A stretch of DNA of 44,240 nucleotides from an uncultured bacterium (GTDB taxonomy: Bacteria; Pseudomonadota; Gammaproteobacteria; GCA-001735895). The stretch spans positions 1-44,240 of the forward strand of contig CBDUSZ010000003.1 in assembly GCA_965370015.1 (NCBI GenBank). Reading direction: 5' to 3'. The position numbers and the translations under genes are program-made. The first letter of the stretch is position 1; each line of letters starts with the position of its first letter. Under the pieces are notes generated by a model. That model saw only the letters and a program-made list of their open reading frames with translations. It ran no database searches and had not been told where the DNA came from. Shown here in pieces: positions 39,414 through 44,240 of this stretch.

Positions 39414-40559
39414 ATGACCCAACAATCCATCCCCGAGAACAAAGACGATCCAACAGAATTTCGATTTTTCGACAATCGTCAAAAGTATCTACTTTTTGTT
39501 AACACCTGTTCCGAGAAATGGGTAATTGGTGAACGCGTCGCGCGTGAACTGAAAAATATAGTGCCAACCCCGCCATCGATTCGTATTTTTGACGCGGGCG
39601 TCGGCGATGGCACAGTGCTATCACGCGTTTGGCGGGCTATGCACCATAGCTTCCCGACCATGCCGTTTTCCATCCACGGCAAGGAAGTCAGCCTCGAAGA
39701 CGTTCGTCTGACACTCGACAAATTACCCGATCGCCTGTACGAGCATCCGGCCAGCGTCGTGGTTTTGACCAATCTATATTATGGCGAAGCGCCCTGGTTA
39801 ACCCCGCGTTCACCGCAAGCGGTGAAAGACATGGTATGGAAGGAGGTTCCTTTGGAAGGTAATAGCGCACACGAATTTGCGCAACAGATTGTCGGCCTAC
39901 AGGAATTTCTAACTGAGAACTGGCAGGCGCGTACTGGCAAACATGGCAATCCAGTTTACGAGAAGCCGGTTGTCCTGGTGCTATACCGCGATGATCACCG
40001 CTTCCTGCTCGATACCGTGATACCCAGGCGCGAGTCCCCGGAGGCAAATTTTGATTTAATCATCGCATCACAGCCCTACCGGGCCATCGCTTCCGCCGCA
40101 TCGAAAGCAAAGAATGTCATCACACCACTTTCTCGTGCATTGGCACCGAACGGTCGTTTGATAGGCATTCATTCGATGGGTAAGGATCCAGGCATGGAAA
40201 TCATTGAAGCTGTCTGGCCGGGGCAAAACCCATTCACCGTTAGTCGCCAGGAAATTTTGCAGGCAGTAAAAAACGAGATGGGTAGCGAGGCGACCAATTT
40301 TAATTTTTCCGCTGGCAGTAATACCGATTCACTGTTTAACTACGAGATGCACACCTTACCGAATGAGATCGTCAACTCGATTGGCACCTCCACACTACTG
40401 GCTGCCTGGAACGCGGCAACCTACGTCGCCCAGATCGAGGACGATAGACTAGAAGCAGCATTGCATGATGATGCCTATATTTCTGCCACGCGTAGTGTGC
40501 TGGAGAAGCGTGGCGGTCTGTGGTTTCAAAACGAGTCGTATACCATTACACGAAAGTAG
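39414..40559 (+). CDS. Hypothetical protein with a class I SAM-binding-like motif
   Basis: ~381-aa ORF with IRIFDAGVGDGTVL (motif I-like), FDLIIASQPY and ALAPNGRLI. Confidence 0.75.
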   Translation: MTQQSIPENKDDPTEFRFFDNRQKYLLFVNTCSEKWVIGERVARELKNIVPTPPSIRIFDAGVGDGTVLSRVWRAMHHSFPTMPFSIHGKEVSLEDVRLTLDKLPDRLYEHPASVVVLTNLYYGEAPWLTPRSPQAVKDMVWKEVPLEGNSAHEFAQQIVGLQEFLTENWQARTGKHGNPVYEKPVVLVLYRDDHRFLLDTVIPRRESPEANFDLIIASQPYRAIASAASKAKNVITPLSRALAPNGRLIGIHSMGKDPGMEIIEAVWPGQNPFTVSRQEILQAVKNEMGSEATNFNFSAGSNTDSLFNYEMHTLPNEIVNSIGTSTLLAAWNAATYVAQIEDDRLEAALHDDAYISATRSVLEKRGGLWFQNESYTITRK

Positions 40560-40627
40560 TTTGCGAAATACCAGGCTAATTGATAGCTTTCACAACCTCA
40601 TCCATATTTAACTGCAGGCGTAACGCA

Positions 40628-41887
40628 ATGTCTGGATTTTTTCATAACGGTATAGCCGTCAGCGATCCACTAATTAGCGATGCACTTGATCGCGAACTGC
40701 ATCGCCAGCAAAACCAAATCGAATTAATCGCATCGGAAAACATCGTCAGCCAGGCAGTACTGGACGCATTGGCACATCCAGTCACCAATAAGACACTGGA
40801 AGGTTACCCGCGAAATCGCTTTCATGGTGGCGGTGAATTTGTCGATATTATTGAACAAGCTGCGATCGACCGGGCGAAAGAATTATTCTGCTGCGACTAT
40901 GTTAACGTGCAGCCGCATTCCGGCACCCAGGCGAACCAGGCTGTTTTTTTCGCTACCGTCAAACCTGGCGATAAAATACTCAGCCTGAATCTTGCTGCTG
41001 GTGGCCACCTTAGCCATGGAGCGGCCCCCAACCTGTCGGGTCGCTGGTTTGACTCTCACCACTATGGTGTCGATAAAGAATCGGGGTTGATCGATTACGA
41101 CGAAGCCGGGCGACTCGCCCGTAAGATTCGGCCAGGGTTATTGATAGCCGGAGGGTCGGCCTATCCTCGCACTATCGACTTTGAGCAATTAAGTCATATC
41201 GCAAATTCGGCGGGCGCCTTATTTTTGGTTGATATGGCCCACTTTGCCGGACTGGTTGCAGCAGGCGTCCACCCTTCACCTCTGCCATATGCCGATATTG
41301 TCACCTGCACAACCACCAAAACCATGCGTGGCCCTCGTGGCGGAATGATTCTGTCACGCGATTCTAAATGGGCCAGCAAGTTACAATCCGCCATATTCCC
41401 AGGCGTGCAGGGCAGCCTGCACAGCCAGATCATAGCGGCAAAAGCGGTGTGTCTCGGCGAGGCCCTTGGCGACGAATTCAAACTCTATGGTAAACAGGTA
41501 GTCGAGAACGCGAAAACGCTGGGGCAGGCATTGTCAGCCAGGAATATCAAATTAATTAGTGGTGGCACCGATACTCACATGGTATTACTCGATTTTTCAG
41601 CCAGGAACCTGACCGGACAGCAAGTCCAGGATGCCTTGAACGAGGCCAATATCACATCGAATAAAAACCCGATCCCGTTTGATTCTACAAAACCCTCCGA
41701 GTGGTCTGGGCTGAGGCTCGGTGTCGCTGCTGCTACGACCAGAGGCCTTGGTGACAAGGATTTTAAGATCCTGGGAGAAATAATCTCGCAGCTGATTAAT
41801 AACTGCGAGTCGAAAAATGACGCGTTGATTGCAGAAAATAGAAACAAAATCCTGGCGCTTTGCGAGCGCTTTCCGATTTATTGTTAG
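40628..41887 (+). CDS. glyA: Serine hydroxymethyltransferase-family enzyme, 2-methylserine hydroxymethyltransferase-like
   Basis: LIASEN, NVQPHSG, GGHLSHG, DMAH, GGTDTH, NKN, with non-canonical TLEGY, FHGG, TTTKT and QGSLH. Confidence 0.88.
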   Translation: MSGFFHNGIAVSDPLISDALDRELHRQQNQIELIASENIVSQAVLDALAHPVTNKTLEGYPRNRFHGGGEFVDIIEQAAIDRAKELFCCDYVNVQPHSGTQANQAVFFATVKPGDKILSLNLAAGGHLSHGAAPNLSGRWFDSHHYGVDKESGLIDYDEAGRLARKIRPGLLIAGGSAYPRTIDFEQLSHIANSAGALFLVDMAHFAGLVAAGVHPSPLPYADIVTCTTTKTMRGPRGGMILSRDSKWASKLQSAIFPGVQGSLHSQIIAAKAVCLGEALGDEFKLYGKQVVENAKTLGQALSARNIKLISGGTDTHMVLLDFSARNLTGQQVQDALNEANITSNKNPIPFDSTKPSEWSGLRLGVAAATTRGLGDKDFKILGEIISQLINNCESKNDALIAENRNKILALCERFPIYC

Positions 41888-42009
41888 CCCTTACCACTGT
41901 TAAGGCAAAAATAACATTTTCTGTTTGTCGTCTACTGTGATTTCATAGAGAAATGAATCCTACAGATTCCAGGGTATATTTTTAGTCATTACATGACAGG
42001 TACAACATT

Positions 42010-42990
42010 ATGAAGGCGATTACATTAACTGATTTCGGTGGCACTGAAATGATGCGCTTTACCGAGGTAGAAACCCCGACTCCCGGAGAAAATCAGGTTT
42101 TGATTCGAGTCAGGGCGACTTCAGTAAACCGCCCGGATATAATACAACGCCAGGGTAACTATCCGGCGCCACCAGGAGATTCAGAAATATTGGGGCTAGA
42201 AGTTGCTGGCATCGTTGAGGCCATCGGACAAAATGTAACCCGCTATGTGCCGGGTGATTCCGTGTTCTCGCTGGTCGGCGGTGGTGGCTACGCCGAGTAT
42301 GCGCTTGCGCTTGAAACCCATACCATGCCAGTTCCTGAATCAATAAGTTTTGCGCAAGCCGCCTGTATCTGCGAAACCTATATTACGGCTTACTTGAACC
42401 TGTTTTTAATCGCAGAGCTTCAGGCTAAACAATCGGTACTCATTCATGGCGGCGGCGGCGGTGTTGCCAGCGCTGCAATTCAACTGTGTCAGTCACTCAC
42501 CGCGGATACAGAAATAATTGTTACCGCCTCACCGGCAAAAATCGAACGCGTCGAACAACAAGGCGTTCACCATGTCATCGACTATCAAAACCAGAATTTC
42601 GCCGCCGAAGTGAAGCGAATTACCGAAAAGCGTGGTGTCGATGTAATTCTCGACCATATCGGTGCTAAATATCTGGAATCCAATCTAAAGTCGCTTGCGG
42701 TCGGTGGCTGTATCATGCTGATTGGCGTCATGGGTGGCATAAAAGCTGAAATCAATTTAGCCATGATGATGGTCAAACGCCAGCGTATTATCGGTTCCGT
42801 GCTACGCTCACGACCCGTTGACGAAAAAGCTTCTATCATTAAACAATTTGAGCAAACCGTGGTGCCTTTATTCGCGTCTACAACAATATCACCGCTGATA
42901 CACGCGTCATTTCCTTTGAGCGAAGCTGCACAAGCGCATGATTTGATGGAACAGGGGGGGCATTTTGGCAAAATTGTCCTGTTGCCATAA
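42010..42990 (+). CDS. NAD(P)H:quinone oxidoreductase, PIG3/zeta-crystallin family
   Basis: VNRPDIIQRQG.YP.PPG, GLEVAG, HGGGGGV, GSVLRSR, GKIVL. Confidence 0.92.
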   Translation: MKAITLTDFGGTEMMRFTEVETPTPGENQVLIRVRATSVNRPDIIQRQGNYPAPPGDSEILGLEVAGIVEAIGQNVTRYVPGDSVFSLVGGGGYAEYALALETHTMPVPESISFAQAACICETYITAYLNLFLIAELQAKQSVLIHGGGGGVASAAIQLCQSLTADTEIIVTASPAKIERVEQQGVHHVIDYQNQNFAAEVKRITEKRGVDVILDHIGAKYLESNLKSLAVGGCIMLIGVMGGIKAEINLAMMMVKRQRIIGSVLRSRPVDEKASIIKQFEQTVVPLFASTTISPLIHASFPLSEAAQAHDLMEQGGHFGKIVLLP

Positions 42991-43006
42991 AACTAGTGCT
43001 GGATTA

Positions 43007-43029
43007 TTTTGGTATACCGTATACCAAAA
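43007..43029. promoter_or_regulatory. Perfect palindromic operator-like site TTTTGGTATAC-C-GTATACCAAAA
   Basis: 11-bp perfect arms about 85 nt upstream of the USP gene; related to 12454-12470. Confidence 0.65.
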
Positions 43030-43113
43030 AAGCAAAAATAGTGTATCATTTTGATAATCGATATTATCTTATCCTTCTAGGGAACCTATCATTCATTTCG
43101 TTGGATCTTAACT

Positions 43114-43977
43114 ATGGCATTTAAGACAATCTTATTGCCCATTCGTGAAAGCAGCACCGCAGCCTCACTAATGGAAACATCAATCAGTATGGCGATTCGT
43201 AACCAGGGTCATCTCGACTTGCTATATGTTCAGAGCGATCCCGAGCACATGATTCCATTCAGTACCATCGGATTATCGGCGAGCATGCGTCAAACCATTA
43301 TCGAATCAACTGCAACCGCTGCCAAACAGCAGAGCGATGATCTCGAACAAAGGTTTATTGAATTATGCGAGCGCTATAAGATAAGTATACAACCGCGAGG
43401 CACTGGAACTGGCAAGCCTAGCGCAGATTTCCTTATCCGCACTGGTCGCCGTGACGACCTGATTGGCAAATATAGTCGCCTTGCAGATCTGATCATAGTA
43501 CCGCAACCTACCAAGACGACACCCCCTCCCAGTTCATTCGAGGCAGTGCTGCGGGATAGCGGTCGTCCAGTATTAATGGTGCAACGCAATAAGGTTCTTG
43601 AGGTACCCGGCAAACGCCTGGCTATCGGCTGGAACAACAGTAAAGAAGCCGCTCAGGCTATCTCCGCGATGCTGAGCAATTTAAAAAGAGCCGATAAGGT
43701 GTATGTGCTGAGCTCAGAAAAGCGCATGAAACAATCCCTCAATGCGGACGATGTATGTGTTTACCTGGGCTGCCATGGGATATCTGCCGAGACCGCGATT
43801 ATTGACAGAAAACGAAAATCAGCCGGTGACGCTTTGCTTGCCAAATCGGGTGAACTGGAATGTGATCGACTGATTGTGGGCGGCTACAGTCGACCGAAAA
43901 TTCGCGACATAATCATGGGTGGTGTCACCGGGCACCTATTGAAACACGCCGCTATGCCGGTAATTTTCGTACACTAA
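43114..43977 (+). CDS. Universal stress protein (tandem domain)
   Basis: ADLIIV, SGRPVLMV, IGWNNSKEA, IVGGYSRP...MGGVT. Confidence 0.9.
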   Translation: MAFKTILLPIRESSTAASLMETSISMAIRNQGHLDLLYVQSDPEHMIPFSTIGLSASMRQTIIESTATAAKQQSDDLEQRFIELCERYKISIQPRGTGTGKPSADFLIRTGRRDDLIGKYSRLADLIIVPQPTKTTPPPSSFEAVLRDSGRPVLMVQRNKVLEVPGKRLAIGWNNSKEAAQAISAMLSNLKRADKVYVLSSEKRMKQSLNADDVCVYLGCHGISAETAIIDRKRKSAGDALLAKSGELECDRLIVGGYSRPKIRDIIMGGVTGHLLKHAAMPVIFVH

Positions 43978-44240
43978 TCCTGGCATTCCCTGACAGTTAA
44001 TTTGGCATATTGATTATTGGCTTAAGTAAAATCTGACCGTTCGAGATACATAGGTGCCACGAAGCGGGCATTGACGAGTGACTCCAAAAACGACCGAAGA
44101 GTGCCCGAAGCGGGTATTGGAGTTTCGATTTCTGTAAGGTTTTCAATAAATAAATCGTCCCTTTTTTGCCCGGCGCCAAGTGCGCCAGGCAGTCCTTGAG
44201 TCACAATATCCAAATTCGTTAGAACTTATCAATCAGCCAA

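Noticed and set aside
1095-43637. Numerous 60-190-aa antisense or alternate-frame ORFs nested in real genes
   Set aside because: These are shadow ORFs of well-supported genes with no independent motifs.
43997-44213. Two short minus-strand ORFs at the window end
   Set aside because: No recognisable motifs. The 63-aa frame is closed by stops upstream, so it is not a gene entering from outside the window.
1-44240. tRNA, rRNA, CRISPR arrays, prophage or defence genes
   Set aside because: No cloverleaf, rRNA-like tract, regularly spaced repeats, integrase or nuclease motifs were recognised by eye.

Overview
Bacterial chromosomal window, probably from a gammaproteobacterium (inferred from the typA/bcp/ydiJ context). 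The left ~10 kb holds housekeeping and stress genes: an Fe-ADH/HOT-like enzyme, msrA, a dienelactone hydrolase, ydiJ, an alpha/beta hydrolase, bcp, typA and a gamma-glutamylcyclotransferase. From ~10.1 to ~36.9 kb lies a C1/amine-metabolism island, almost all on the minus strand, with TWO paralogous 'glutamine synthetase-like ligase + split glutamate-synthase-like (MgsABC-type) complex' modules. Module A is amt, a small membrane protein, folD, an XRE/cupin regulator, mgsA, fused mgsBC, a GltD/degenerate-FMN-barrel fusion, gmaS and fhs; it matches the N-methylglutamate methylamine pathway. Module B is a divergent FadR regulator, a divergent GS, mgsA2, mgsB2, mgsC2, an unknown 129-aa protein, a Liv-type ABC transporter, a CBS protein and a broken second folD. 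Module B looks like a parallel, uncharacterised gamma-glutamylation pathway for another amine and is the best candidate for a novel system. The right end carries a collapsed ProV/ProW ABC transporter fossil, a run of FAD oxidase, SAM-motif protein and 2-methylserine-type hydroxymethyltransferase, a quinone oxidoreductase and two USPs. No rRNA, tRNA, CRISPR array or intact mobile element was recognised. All family assignments come from motif recognition and memory, not database searches.
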